Positions 1 through 10,817 of a DNA stretch of 64,000 nucleotides are shown here, piece after piece. The translations under genes were made by a program, and so were the position numbers. The first letter of the stretch is position 1. The number at the start of each line of letters is the position of its first letter. Origin of the DNA: Diplonema japonicum (lineage: Eukaryota; Protista; Euglenozoa: Diplonemea); assembly GCA_964019335.1 (NCBI GenBank), contig OZ025757.1, forward strand, positions 152,547-216,546, written 5' to 3'. The notes under the pieces were generated by a model. That model saw only the letters and a list, made by a program, of their open reading frames with translations, was not told the origin of the DNA and made no database searches.

Positions 1-1943
1 TAGTCGGCGAAGCATCCTATGTCGTAGGACAGTGAGGCTGGTGCGTCGGGTGATATGGTGAACCAGGCGAACTGCTTCTCTTTGTAAGTAGAGGTGGGGT
101 ACCCAGCTGCAAGGAGCACACCGTGGGCCGCGTGCAGGAAGGGACGCCCGATAAATGTGGCATCGGCTGGCTCCGACCCAACAATAGTGGGCGCTAGTGG
201 TGTGCTGATGTCACGGATCAAGACGCTGGAATCTGTCGTCACAAAGAGGTCGTCCCCGTAGATTGCCATCGCTGCAACGTCGGACAGCAGGCTTTGAACC
301 GCCGTTTGAACAGGAGAAGCAGGTGTGTTGACGTTGACAACAACTAAACCCGCAGCCAAGACGTACGCAGCCAACCCCGACTGCGACACCTCCACATCCC
401 TTGCCCCAGCGATGTCAAGCTTCGCAAGAAACTTCGGCGACGACGGTTCACACACATCGAGAACCTGCAGACTGTCTCCGTCCGCAATGTAAGCGGTTGT
501 CCCTGACACCGCCACTGCCTTCGCATCGTTTGGAGTGTTGTAACTCCCGATCTTGCGTATCATTGGACCACCGATATCATACATCTCAAGCCCGCGACTG
601 CCGCAAGCGAGATACATCACATTCTTAATAACGAGAATGTTTTGAACACCCGGAAGACGGATCCTCTGAAGAACGTTGAAGTAAGGGAGGTTTGAAATAT
701 CGATGACGAACACCTCAGTGGGCCCAGCGACGTAAAGGTGCGACTCGAAGCTTGCCAACGACATGACTGGTTCCAAATAAGGATAGAACCCGCGCCGACT
801 GCTGCCACCATATAAATCGATACCAAGGGAGATACTTGCTGCAAAAAGGCTCTCAGAGATGACATGAACCCGCGGCAGGTGTTTGCCGGGAAGCGGGAGA
901 TGAGAATCGGACAGCTGTCCGTTCGGCTTCAACCAGAACAGAACCTCATGCGAAGTCAAAAAGATCCCTTTTGACGTGACGTGCAGACTATGGTATCCCC
1001 AGCCTTGCCTAAGGGTATACGTTTCCACAAGTTTTTGGATACCTTCCCCAACAGAAAAAACGTGGATGAGATTATCCTGCAACACGTAAAGACGGTTTGT
1101 AACGCGGTCCAGACCCATGTCGATGACGGCCCCCTCCAGTTCGTAATAACCAGAGTTTTCGTATTCAAGGTGCAAGTACGTGTGGAAGAAGTTTAATTCG
1201 TGTGAGTTTGAAAGAACGAGAGATGCACCGGAGTTATAAACAATTATTACGTCAGCGTAATTCGCCCCGGGCGACTCGGGCCGGTCCGCGCTTATTGACC
1301 ACCTGAACTCGAGCTCAAAAGGGTCAGATGCAGGTAAGTAGAAGATCGATATCCCCCGAGCGTTAGACGAATAAATGTAAGAATTTGCTTCTGAGAAAAC
1401 GGCGGTTCTCATCGTGGTTCCACTTTCACTGTGCGCCCCTACAAAAACAGGGTTATACCTGTCGGTGATGTCCATTTTAAGAAATCCGCTGTACCGCTGC
1501 GAACCAGGTGGGGGAGCGTACAGCGACCCTATGTACAAAGCATTGCCCGCGATAAATACGGAATACGCTGCGTAAACTTCGTCATACGGGTCCTGTCGTC
1601 TGCCGGACCCTTTTAGGACCAGCTTGCTTGGGTCGGTGCGGTCCAGTACATAAACGTTTTCTGTCGCAATCAGGTACAACAGGTTATCGTCAAGGAGCTC
1701 TACTGCAAAACCGCGTTCCCTGTAACCTGCCGCCCACCCGCTTATCAGAACAGGGCTGTTGGTGTCTGTCAGGTTGTACACGAGAATACCCTGCCATGCT
1801 GCAACGTAGCCTATAGAACCTTCCACTTTTATATCCCATGCCTGTGAGTAAGATTGCGAAATTTGGCCCCCGATTAGCCTCGTCGCAGCGTGGACGGTGT
1901 TGCCCGCTTGCAGGACGCAGGACAGGATCAACAGGAGCTTCAT
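1..1943 (-). CDS. Array gene g1 (3'-partial, runs off the window): secreted LVIVD-repeat/WSC family protein
   Basis: Absent from the ORF track because it has no stop in the window. ATG at 1943 gives MKLLLILSCVLQAGNTVHAATRLIGGQISQSYSQAWDIKVEGSIGYVAAWQGILVYNLTD. The same frame reads SYDIGCFAD at the window edge, identical to g2. Nt ~399-562 are near-identical to g2 ~4039-4202. Confidence 0.9.
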   Translation of the reverse strand, partial: MKLLLILSCVLQAGNTVHAATRLIGGQISQSYSQAWDIKVEGSIGYVAAWQGILVYNLTDTNSPVLISGWAAGYRERGFAVELLDDNLLYLIATENVYVLDRTDPSKLVLKGSGRRQDPYDEVYAAYSVFIAGNALYIGSLYAPPPGSQRYSGFLKMDITDRYNPVFVGAHSESGTTMRTAVFSEANSYIYSSNARGISIFYLPASDPFELEFRWSISADRPESPGANYADVIIVYNSGASLVLSNSHELNFFHTYLHLEYENSGYYELEGAVIDMGLDRVTNRLYVLQDNLIHVFSVGEGIQKLVETYTLRQGWGYHSLHVTSKGIFLTSHEVLFWLKPNGQLSDSHLPLPGKHLPRVHVISESLFAASISLGIDLYGGSSRRGFYPYLEPVMSLASFESHLYVAGPTEVFVIDISNLPYFNVLQRIRLPGVQNILVIKNVMYLACGSRGLEMYDIGGPMIRKIGSYNTPNDAKAVAVSGTTAYIADGDSLQVLDVCEPSSPKFLAKLDIAGARDVEVSQSGLAAYVLAAGLVVVNVNTPASPVQTAVQSLLSDVAAMAIYGDDLFVTTDSSVLIRDISTPLAPTIVGSEPADATFIGRPFLHAAHGVLLAAGYPTSTYKEKQFAWFTISPDAPASLSYDIGCFAD

Positions 1944-2839
1944 TTTTTTTTTTTTTTTTTTTTTACAGCCTGTAGAAACTAAGAGGAATAGGATGGCGGG
2001 TGGGGGGGGGGGAGTTTTTTTTGCATTTTTTTTGTAATATTGCAGAGCCAAATAAAAGAAAAGAATCCTTTTAAAAAAAAAAAGAGAGAGGGTAGAAAAG
2101 AGGTGAGGGACGTTACCTCTCCTCCACTCGAATACCCTCTTTTTTTTGGGGGGGGGGGAGGTGGGGGGGGGCAATTCACTCAATACCCAAAAAAAGTTTT
2201 GAAATTTTGGGATTCATCCGCCAACTATCATTGAAAATAGTCTTTTTTTTTTTTTAAAATTTGAGGCTGCCCTCAGGTGAGATTTGTCTTTTCCTTTGAG
2301 CTTTTCTTTTTTCCCTATTAAGTGAATTACCTCTTTTCCCCCTAGATTGAGACAAAAGAAAGCGGAGACATTCAAAGGGAGAGGGGGGGGGGGGGGGGAA
2401 GTTTTTTGTGCTCACGAGCGGTATTTTTCCTAATAAAATATCTCATTTGCATTGTTAAAAAAAGAAAAATTGTAAAGTCCTACAGGTATATGCACCAGCA
2501 CAAAACCGAGCACATGGGCAACAGTGAAAAGATGATAAGGAGGCCGTTGTCTCTACCTATCTTTGAAAACCATGTGGAAAAAAAAAAAAAGGTGCAGGCA
2601 ACTGTGTTGAAAACATTGATGGTAGGCACGTATCGAGAAACCTACCACAAACTGAGCCTATTGAAAATAAAAATAGAAAAAAAATACGTTACAAAAGGTA
2701 AAACATGCAACAACTCACAACCCCATGTAAGCCCCTTGCTAAGGAGGAGCGAGTCGCCGTGAATTCCATTTTTAAAGGACGATGGCAAGTACCAGTACTC
2801 TTGAACATCTATCACTTTTTCTTTTTTTTTTGTTCCGCT

Positions 2840-5566
2840 CTAAGAGCTGCCAGGAGGTGCGGTCCACTCCACCACCTCAGAGCCAGGGGTGTTCTTCACC
2901 ACCTTCCCCAAGACACCATCGGTGAGCCAGTTCGCCCCTGAACCAGCAAAGGTCATTGTGACTGCATGAACCTTCCAGCCATCCCCACCCTGTGCCCTGA
3001 TCCGAACCTTGCGGGGGTGCTGCAGGATCCCAGTTGCAGTCATCACATGAACACTCCCCTGGGCAGGGGCCGCCACACTCCCCACAACCTGAACACTCCC
3101 ATCCCAGTACTCCACCTCAATGGGGTAGGTGTGTTGCGACTCTGCATTGGTTTCCGAAGCGGTCACCACCCCCACAGTGAAGTCCATCGAGTTCAAGGCG
3201 TACATGTTGCTCCGGAAGGTCCCCCCACAGAAGGCCTCCCCGTTCCCGATGCAAGGAGCGTTGCAATCCCCACTTGCAGCCGGAGGCTTGGAACGGATGT
3301 CCTGTGTGCACCAGCAGGTGTCTCCCTTCTGTATCCCAAAGAACTTGTAGTTCCGAACAGTGTCCCCACCACAGTACGCTGCACAGTGCTCAACTGACAT
3401 CCCTGCAGAGACGTACGCCGTCCTCCCAACATTGTCCTCGAAGCACCCCACATGAGAGAAGCGGACAGAACTCTTCACAGCCATGTTCCGGTGCCCGCTG
3501 GTTGCGCAGTCCGCTGCGTTTGTTCTGACCGACTGCGCAAGTTCAGAAGCCCCGCCGCACCAACATTCGTTTGTGAAGAGCGTCCCTGCATGGGTGTGCC
3601 CGGCGGTGTTACAAAATGCAAGGCACTGCTGTGGTGGGGTTGCGACACGCCTTGACTTCAAGGCACGGTAGTCGGCGAAGCATCCTATGTCGTAGGACAG
3701 TGAGGCTGGTGCGTCGGCATCGAAATCAAACATTCTGTTGCCGAAGACAGAATCCGCTAACGCCACTGCATCCGACGACGCATGCAAGCTGGGTGCTCCC
3801 AGTGCGGGAGAGAAATCCCCCGTGCTGCCCACGATGGTGGGCACTAGTGGTGTGCTGATATCGCGGATCACTACAGCAGAGGCAGTTGTTATGAAGAGGC
3901 TGCTACCAGACAAGGCCATCTCAGCGTGTGCGTGGACGTCCTGTGTTGTGAAAGACAGAGCCGAAGGGTTAGACGCCATTACAATGTGAAGCTTGCCATC
4001 GGAGAGGACGTAAACAACCGTGTCCTTAAAGAGAACGTCCCTTGCCCCAGCGATGTCAAGCTTCGCGAGAAACTTCGGCGACGACGGTTCACACACATCG
4101 AGAACCTGCAAACTGTCTCCGTCCGCAATGTAAGCGGTTGTCCCTGACACCGCCACCGCCCTCGCATCGTTTGGAGTGTTGTAACTCCCGATCTTGCGTA
4201 TCAAATTTTCGTTGATTGAAAACACGGCAAGACCTGCTTTCCCGCATGCAGCATATAATAACCCACCAGCAATGTGCAAAGCCTGTACCTCAGAATAGAG
4301 AATTCTGTGAAGTAAAACCGGGCGAAACTCGATGTCCAGAACAAGTATCTCTGTAGCAGCCGCAACATATAGTTGGTTTCCAACCGACGCAAAGGCTCTG
4401 ACCTCAAACGGGTAGTGGTAGTAGTCAAGAACTCTGAACCTGCCGTAAACGTCGATCCCGTCCTCTTGAAAGAAAAAGGCTTTCGAGCGGGAGATAATGT
4501 GGGCCTTCCCAGGGTACAACTCTGGCAAAGGGAGCGAGTTCAAGACAGTCGATGACTCAAGCCTGTAAAAAGAATTCGAGCTCGAAAAAAAAACAGCCCT
4601 TGGTGAAACAGACAGAAGAATCCCCCCAACGATAGGCGTAGAACTAACCAGCACTGGCTGCGCAGCGTTGGCCAACGAGTAAACCATAATTTTTGAAGAC
4701 ACCACCACATAAAGCCGCTGGCTTCCTTCATCGGCCGACATGTCTGTAATGGTACCACCTTGATCTAAAGACCATCCAGACCATTCGTACGACCACCGCC
4801 CATCTTTTACGTAAACGTTCAGGACGGACTTTCTAGCCGTGAACAGGAAGTTCATCGATTGGTAAAAGACAAACTGCTGAAGGAACGCAAAGCCCGGGTG
4901 CACGGACCCCAGCATGGTGTATACTCTGCGGGTTCGCATCATCGCTCCATTGGTACCCTCCGGAACGGTATAAATATGCAACCCATCAGCATCTGAGAAA
5001 TAATATCCATCATTACCTGGGAAAACCGCAGTTACCACGCGCCTGGTGCTCATTCGGTACATTCCAATAAAAACCGGGTTGAAACGGTCGGTGAGATCGA
5101 GTTTCCAGACGTGGGAAAACCATTCCGACTCCGGCGGGGGGTTGGTTAAGGTTCCTACAAAAAAAGAATCCCCGTCGATTTCAGCAGAGAATAGTTGCCT
5201 CAAACCGTAATTGGTGCTGTGGTCTGGTGCAGATATAAGTCGTAAACTTGCAGGATCCGACCTATCAAAAACATATAATTTTTGCGGGCCGACGGCGTAG
5301 AGGACGTCATTGTGGGTCGGAGAGAGAACAATTCTCCAAACATCTCCTATTTTGTACGTTCCAATGGTTTTGATATCGTTTAGGTTTGCTAGGTCGTAGA
5401 CCCTGACCCCGTCAGGGCCCGCTGCGGTGTACCCAATGTTTCGATCTTGTCTCATGAACCACAAGCTGAGCTTCGTTTTCTCTCGAAAACTGACCCCCCG
5501 CAGGTTTACCCCCGCTCCCACCGTTGCGAGGAATGTCAGTAGAATGAGTGAGATGGTTATTTTCAT
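2840..5566 (-). CDS. Array gene g2 (subfamily A): signal peptide + LVIVD beta-propeller repeats + 2 WSC + PLAT/LH2-like domain, 908 aa
   Basis: Hydrophobic N-terminus. Repeats such as GYTAAGPDGVRVYDL and TAYIADGDSLQVLDV. WSC Cys patterns (GCF..MSVEHCAAYC..FFGIQKGDTCWC..CNAPCIGN..FCGG). C-terminal V.T..G..GDGW.V..V PLAT-like motif. Confidence 0.9.
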   Translation of the reverse strand: MKITISLILLTFLATVGAGVNLRGVSFREKTKLSLWFMRQDRNIGYTAAGPDGVRVYDLANLNDIKTIGTYKIGDVWRIVLSPTHNDVLYAVGPQKLYVFDRSDPASLRLISAPDHSTNYGLRQLFSAEIDGDSFFVGTLTNPPPESEWFSHVWKLDLTDRFNPVFIGMYRMSTRRVVTAVFPGNDGYYFSDADGLHIYTVPEGTNGAMMRTRRVYTMLGSVHPGFAFLQQFVFYQSMNFLFTARKSVLNVYVKDGRWSYEWSGWSLDQGGTITDMSADEGSQRLYVVVSSKIMVYSLANAAQPVLVSSTPIVGGILLSVSPRAVFFSSSNSFYRLESSTVLNSLPLPELYPGKAHIISRSKAFFFQEDGIDVYGRFRVLDYYHYPFEVRAFASVGNQLYVAAATEILVLDIEFRPVLLHRILYSEVQALHIAGGLLYAACGKAGLAVFSINENLIRKIGSYNTPNDARAVAVSGTTAYIADGDSLQVLDVCEPSSPKFLAKLDIAGARDVLFKDTVVYVLSDGKLHIVMASNPSALSFTTQDVHAHAEMALSGSSLFITTASAVVIRDISTPLVPTIVGSTGDFSPALGAPSLHASSDAVALADSVFGNRMFDFDADAPASLSYDIGCFADYRALKSRRVATPPQQCLAFCNTAGHTHAGTLFTNECWCGGASELAQSVRTNAADCATSGHRNMAVKSSVRFSHVGCFEDNVGRTAYVSAGMSVEHCAAYCGGDTVRNYKFFGIQKGDTCWCTQDIRSKPPAASGDCNAPCIGNGEAFCGGTFRSNMYALNSMDFTVGVVTASETNAESQHTYPIEVEYWDGSVQVVGSVAAPAQGSVHVMTATGILQHPRKVRIRAQGGDGWKVHAVTMTFAGSGANWLTDGVLGKVVKNTPGSEVVEWTAPPGSS

Positions 5567-5714
5567 GATTTTTTTTTTTTTTTTTGCCCTGTGCTGTGGG
5601 GATGGCGGAAGAGAGTTGTGTGTGTGGTTGAAAGAGAAAAAAATAAAAAATAAAAAATTAAAAAAAACGGGGAGGGATTAAAAAAAAAGAAAAGAAAAAA
5701 AAATAAATGATAAC

Positions 5715-5820
5715 TATCTTGCCAAACGGACCCTTCTTATTTTTTTTTTTTTGCTTAATTTTTTTTTGATTTTTTTTTAATTTTTTGGTTTTTTTTTTTT
5801 TTGAAAAAAAATACTGCGGT

Positions 5821-5853
<33 letters not shown>

Positions 5854-6011
5854 AACGGACAAAAATGCTCGTATTTTCTTTTTTTTTTTTCTCTCTTCTT
5901 GTTGTGCTATTTTTGTCCTGCTCGTCGATTCTCATTTTTTTTTGTACAGTATTTATTTTCTGTTGCAAGACCCCCCCCCCCCCCCCCCCACCCATGCTCG
6001 TTGGTAGATGG
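5715..6011. mobile_element. Decayed non-autonomous piggyBac MITE, same family as 13751-15046
   Basis: Right end GCTCGTTGGTAGATGG-TTAA (5996-6015) is identical to the end at 15031-15050. The left end is degenerate: ATAA-CTATCTTGCCAAACGGACC versus TTAA-CCATCTACCAACGGACC. Confidence 0.65.
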
Positions 6012-6886
6012 TTAAAGGAGAGGTAAGGTCGCTTTCCCCCTCCTTTTCACGTTGGTATTTGTTAGGCCTACACAACTTGGTGGCCACAGACAAAAAAAGA
6101 AAAGGAAAAAAGAAAAGAAAAAAAACAGAGAAAAAAGAGAAAGAAAAAAAAATCTCAAGCCTTGGGAAAGAAAAAAAAAAAAAACTCAAAGTGCAGGACA
6201 AACCCCCTCATGGAGGGCCGCCCTTTAAAAAAAAAAAAAAGGAGGTAATTAATAGCTATTTACTGCCAACAAGCGACTTAAAAAATCGTAACCTCAAAGG
6301 TCCCACATTTGGTACTCTTAATTTTTGGTAAAAACGCAGAAACCCCAAGGCAACGGTAAAAAAAAAAAAAAAAGCTCATTCTTCGGCGGTGAGTAAGTAG
6401 TTTTCTTTGCACGACCCTCTGGAATTACTTCACCACGAGAGGCAAAAGGGGTGACAAGGGCTTTAACATACTAGAGTAGGGTCCGCAAGAACAGGGGCTG
6501 CTGGGAACTGAACCTCGGCAAAAGCTGGCCTGAGATGGGCATTATTTGTTTCTAAGTGAGAAAAAAAAAAAAAAGAAAAAAAAAATCAAGTTTTGGTTGC
6601 AAAGAAGAACCATCTTTGCGAAGGTACAAAAAAAAGACAGGGGCGGGGGAAGTTTAGCGACGGACCCACCCAGGTACGTGCACACCAAGCTGAGATGGTA
6701 TTTTTTACTCCAGGACAACGGCTATGAGGGTTGAGAAGGGAGAAAAAAAAAAAAGAAAAAAAAAAAGGAGAATGGGGGGTTTTTTTTTTCAAATAGATCA
6801 TGTAAAAGAATAGGGAGGAACCTGGCATTGCCATGGGGGGGGGGGTGTAAAAACTCGAAGGAAAGTTTCTTTTTTTTTTCTCTCTC

Positions 6887-7213
6887 TTTATTTCACTCTT
6901 CGTCATTTTCTTCACCCACAACGCAAAAATGGCTGAAATTCAGCGTCGTTGAATAATGGCGCTTCAGAGTGAAAAAAAAAGGGGGGTCTCGTTGTGTAAT
7001 AAAATGTATCTGAGGCCATTTTCCGGCCCTTAAAAGTGGGAATAAGTGCTTTACTTCCCCTTTAAAATGCCACGGCGAAAAAGCTACCCAGTACTACCTT
7101 AGGGAAAAAAAGCCCCCCATAAAAGCTGACCGAAAGCAGTGAGGGGTGAGTGACTCAAATGACGAAGAGTGAAATAAAACGACTTACTTGCCGCCAAATG
7201 GGTCATTATTTAA

Positions 7214-7262
<49 letters not shown>

Positions 7263-7437
7263 AGTTTGGCGCTCCATTTGTTTGTGCGCACGAGCGGAAT
7301 TTTACCTAATAAAATAGCTCATTACGCTGCCATCAACTAGTTTTTAGTCTCGACAATAATATTGTTTAAAAAAAAAAAAAAAATAGAGAACCCGAGTTAA
7401 ATAATGACTCATTATTTATTGGCAATAAATAGCTATT
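6887..7437. repeat. Repeat family B, copy 1 (degenerate, interrupted by poly-A)
   Basis: Shares TTTATTTCACTCTTCGTCATTTT, GAGTGACTCAAATGACGAAGAGTGAAATAAAACGACTTACTTGCCGCCAAATG and the terminal GTTAAATAATGACTCATTATTT..GGCAATAAATAGCTATT with the copies at 38.8-39.8 kb. Confidence 0.8.
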
Positions 7438-7697
7438 AAAGTTCATAACCCCTAAAAAAAAAAAACAAAAAAAAAAAAAGAAAAGAAAACACGTTTGCCA
7501 ACGTTCCCCTTTGTTGAAAGAAAAGAAAAAGAAAAAAAGAAAACAAGGGACCACACCCTTTATGGAGCTACAGGAGAAACAACAGTGAAGTTGAGCACAC
7601 ACAAAAAAAAAAAAGAAGAAAAAAAAGAAGAAAAAAAAAAAAAAAAAAACAGGTTTTTGGGGAAAAAAAAGTAGAAAAAAACTCGATCTATTTTCTT

Positions 7698-8105
7698 TTT
7701 ATTTCACTCTTCGTCATTTTCTTCACTCACTAGGGGCCTCATAATTTAAACTAGTAAAAATTATAAGATTTTGGAGTTAAATTATGGGGCCTCAGAGAAG
7801 TCTCGTTGTGGATTAAAATGTACCCAACCCCTTGAAGAATCTTTTTTTGGGGGTGGGGTTTTTTTTGACTATTTTTGGCCATCTAAGTGCTTTACTTCCC
7901 CTTAAAATGCCACGGCAAAATATCTGAGAACCGTGAGGAAAACAGCAGTAAAAGCAGTGAAGAGTGAGTGACTCAAATGACGAAGAGTGAAATAAAACGA
8001 CTTACTTGCCGCCAAATGAGCCATTATTTAATACTTGTTTACCGTTTTTTTTTGGCCCTCGTGCAAAAAAATTCGGGAACTCGAGTTAAATAATGACTAG
8101 CTATT
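7698..8105. repeat. Repeat family B, copy 2
   Basis: Same blocks in the same order as the other B copies. Confidence 0.85.
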
Positions 8106-8186
8106 TCTTTTTTTTTTTTTTTTTTCTTTTTGAAGTGACCATTCTGCGGTTGTATCGGTGGTGCGCCTAGATTTCTCAAGGAGTGT

Positions 8187-8221
<35 letters not shown>

Positions 8222-8465
8222 CCTTCTTTGCCACACATGTCTGAACTCGGCGTGTACGGCTTTTCTCTTATTATCAATCTCCAGCATCTATAGTGGTGAT
8301 CGACCTCCTTGTCCCAGGGTACCACCGCGAAAAATAATAAAAAAAAATAATAATAATAAAAAATAGGAAAAAAAAAAAGATAATAGTAGTTATTCACAAC
8401 TAATACTGAATTTTCTGTCACGAGTGACAGAAGTTTTTTTTTTAATAAGACGTGAATAATGTGGT

Positions 8466-8496
<31 letters not shown>

Positions 8497-8709
8497 CTTT
8501 TTTTTTTTTTTACCCCTCTTCGATTTTACTTCATTCTGTATCCCTAAGGATACAATCACATTTCGGCACCCCACCTCCGGAAAATGCGGGAAAAAAAAAA
8601 AAAAAAAAAAAAACTTTTGACACACAGTAGCGTGGTAACCAATAACCGACAACACATGCCCAAGAAATTGGAATTCTTCTGGAGTAAAAATAAAATTGGG
8701 GGAGTGGTG

Positions 8710-8745
<36 letters not shown>

Positions 8746-8762
8746 AAAAGTAAAATAGAAGA

Positions 8763-9115
8763 GTAATAACTATTGATTTATGAAAAATAAAGCGGACCCT
8801 TATTTCCCGAGGCTGTTAATCTCCTCCGAACATATTATCAGCCAAGGGGAAAGAGTAAAGGTCCACTTTAATCATGAATTCTACGTAATTTAATTTATTT
8901 TCTGGTTCTCCATGGCACTCCCAAACTCCCCAAAGCCAGGAAGACCTGGGCCAGTCTTGCAATTTTGTGCATATGCTTCATGGTATGGCTGCCTCCCTAC
9001 TTAGGCCCCAGGACGCAACCACAGAATTAGATCGACCCCGTTTTCACAAAATCTGCAGGGGAAAAAAAAAAAAAAAAAAAACATAAAGTACTTAGAGCCC
9101 AGAAAAATAAATAAA
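8763..9115 (-). mobile_element. Repeat family C copy (internally deleted, Crypton-like relic)
   Basis: Shares TAATAACTATTGATTTAT, TTTATTTTCTGGTT..ATGGCACTCCC, AATTTTGTGC.TATGCTTCATGGTATGG and TTTTCACAAA.TCTGC with 34581-34980, and partly with the reverse complement of 63.5-64 kb. Confidence 0.7.
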
Positions 9116-9378
9116 AAAAAAAAAAATAAGAAAAACTGCTAACTTTGACCCTAAGTTACATAATATTTAGGAGGGAAAAGTTTCTGACCCGCCGGTCCCC
9201 CCAGGTTGAGTTCATAAATCTCAACGTCGTGCCCCCGAGAGAGAGAAAAAAAAAAAAAAAAACTCAAACTAGAATTTAAAAGAAAAAAGAACCCCCTTTT
9301 TTTTGTTTGTTTGCTGCAACAAGTAAACATACTTTTGTAAAAAAAAAAAAAAATTGTAAAGTGAAAACATGGCATGCA

Positions 9379-9415
<37 letters not shown>

Positions 9416-9631
9416 AACAATATGGCTAGCATCGACATTGGCGCGTTCTCCTGTGCCTCGGGGGGGCACGCACCTGCAGCATAAGATTGGGTTTTCCATA
9501 GTTGTGGTGTCAAAAGATGCTTAAATCCCCCCTCCCCCCTTCTTCAGTGTCAGGTGAACTTTGCGTGCAAAGTTGGGTCGCATTTTTTAAACCCTAAAAA
9601 AAAACTTGGGGGGGTCAAGTTAGCACTGCAA

Positions 9632-9667
<36 letters not shown>

Positions 9668-10352
9668 AAATATCGATTTGTTAACGGTCAGGCCATACAT
9701 ATGCTCTGTACATTTTGGTGTGAGCTTCTAATAGTTTGGGCGGCTTCCTGTGCTAGTAGATAGGATTATCGCCCGCAAGTTTAATAATGGGGCAATACTA
9801 TCTTCCTATTCACAGAATTCCCCCGAAATGACTTGCAAAAGGGGAGGTATCGTCAGTACCTTAAGTCCGGCCAAAGGTCTTGCTGCCCCGTGATTAAAAA
9901 AAAAAGAAAATAGAGCAAAAAAGATATAGTTGTCTTACTGTAACAAGTTATGACCTTCCCGTTTACCTCGGAGGCAGAAAAAAAAAAAAAAAAAAAAGGA
10001 CATTTCTTGGTCTGGTAAGTGGGGGGGTTTTTTTTTTCCCCCCTCTTTTTTTTTTTTTTTTAATTTCGCGGCGTACCTCAGAAATCAGTTTCGTCACGCC
10101 ATGAAATTTAAAAAAAAAAAAAAAAATAATAGAAAAAAAAGAAAAAAAAAACTAAAAATAAAAAAAAAAAAAAAAAAAGAAATTACGGGAAAAATTAAAA
10201 AAAAAAAAGAAATTACCCCTTTCGTCCAAGGCACAGAAAACCAAGCGAGGTTAACATTCTTTTTTTCCTTTTTTTTTTTTCCTTTTTTTTTTTCTTTTCG
10301 ATTTCAAAACGACCCTTATACAATAAAAAAAAAATAATAGAAAAAAAAAAAT

Positions 10353-10528
10353 ACGCTCCATATCTCTAAAACCCGTAATTTTTTTGCAAAAGGTTGGCTG
10401 AGAAAAAAATTTTAGAAAGCTTTGACGCCCCCCCCCCCCCCCCCCCCCCCCCCCATTTTTTTCCCTACAGAAGACGCGGCTCGGTTAGGCAACCAATCAC
10501 AATACCAGTTTTTACAGATATGAGGCGT
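10353..10528. mobile_element. MITE-like element (family E) with ~23-bp imperfect terminal inverted repeats
   Basis: Ends ACGCTCCATATCTCTAAAACCCG and CAGTTTTTACAGATATGAGGCGT. The same motif recurs at 35704-35727 and ~55108. Confidence 0.5.
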
Positions 10529-10817
10529 TACAAAAAAAAAAAAAAAAAAAAAAAAAAACAATAGATATTCTTTTTCTTTCCCCCCCCTTTTTTTTCTTTG
10601 TTTGGCCAAACAGAAGGCTCGTCGGGCAACGTGCAAAGATAGCATACTGGACCTGTCGTTCCGGAAAACAGGTCACTTAACGGCCCATAGGGACCCCCGG
10701 ATACCGCCTACTAGCATTGATCATACTGATTTTTTTTTCCCCCCCTTCTTTTTTTCCTCATTCATTTTTTTTTTTTTTTTTTTTTTTTTTTTGCCGTTGT
10801 AGTTTAGCACGATTATA

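Noticed and set aside
2966-3397. Antisense ORFs repeated in several paralogues (e.g. 2966, 15539, 19605; 27369, 31139, 35861)
   Set aside because: Their recurrence follows from nucleotide identity of the sense genes, not from independent conservation.
5777-10800. Many poly-Lys/poly-Phe ORFs here and in other spacers
   Set aside because: They are translations of A/T homopolymers with no coding character.
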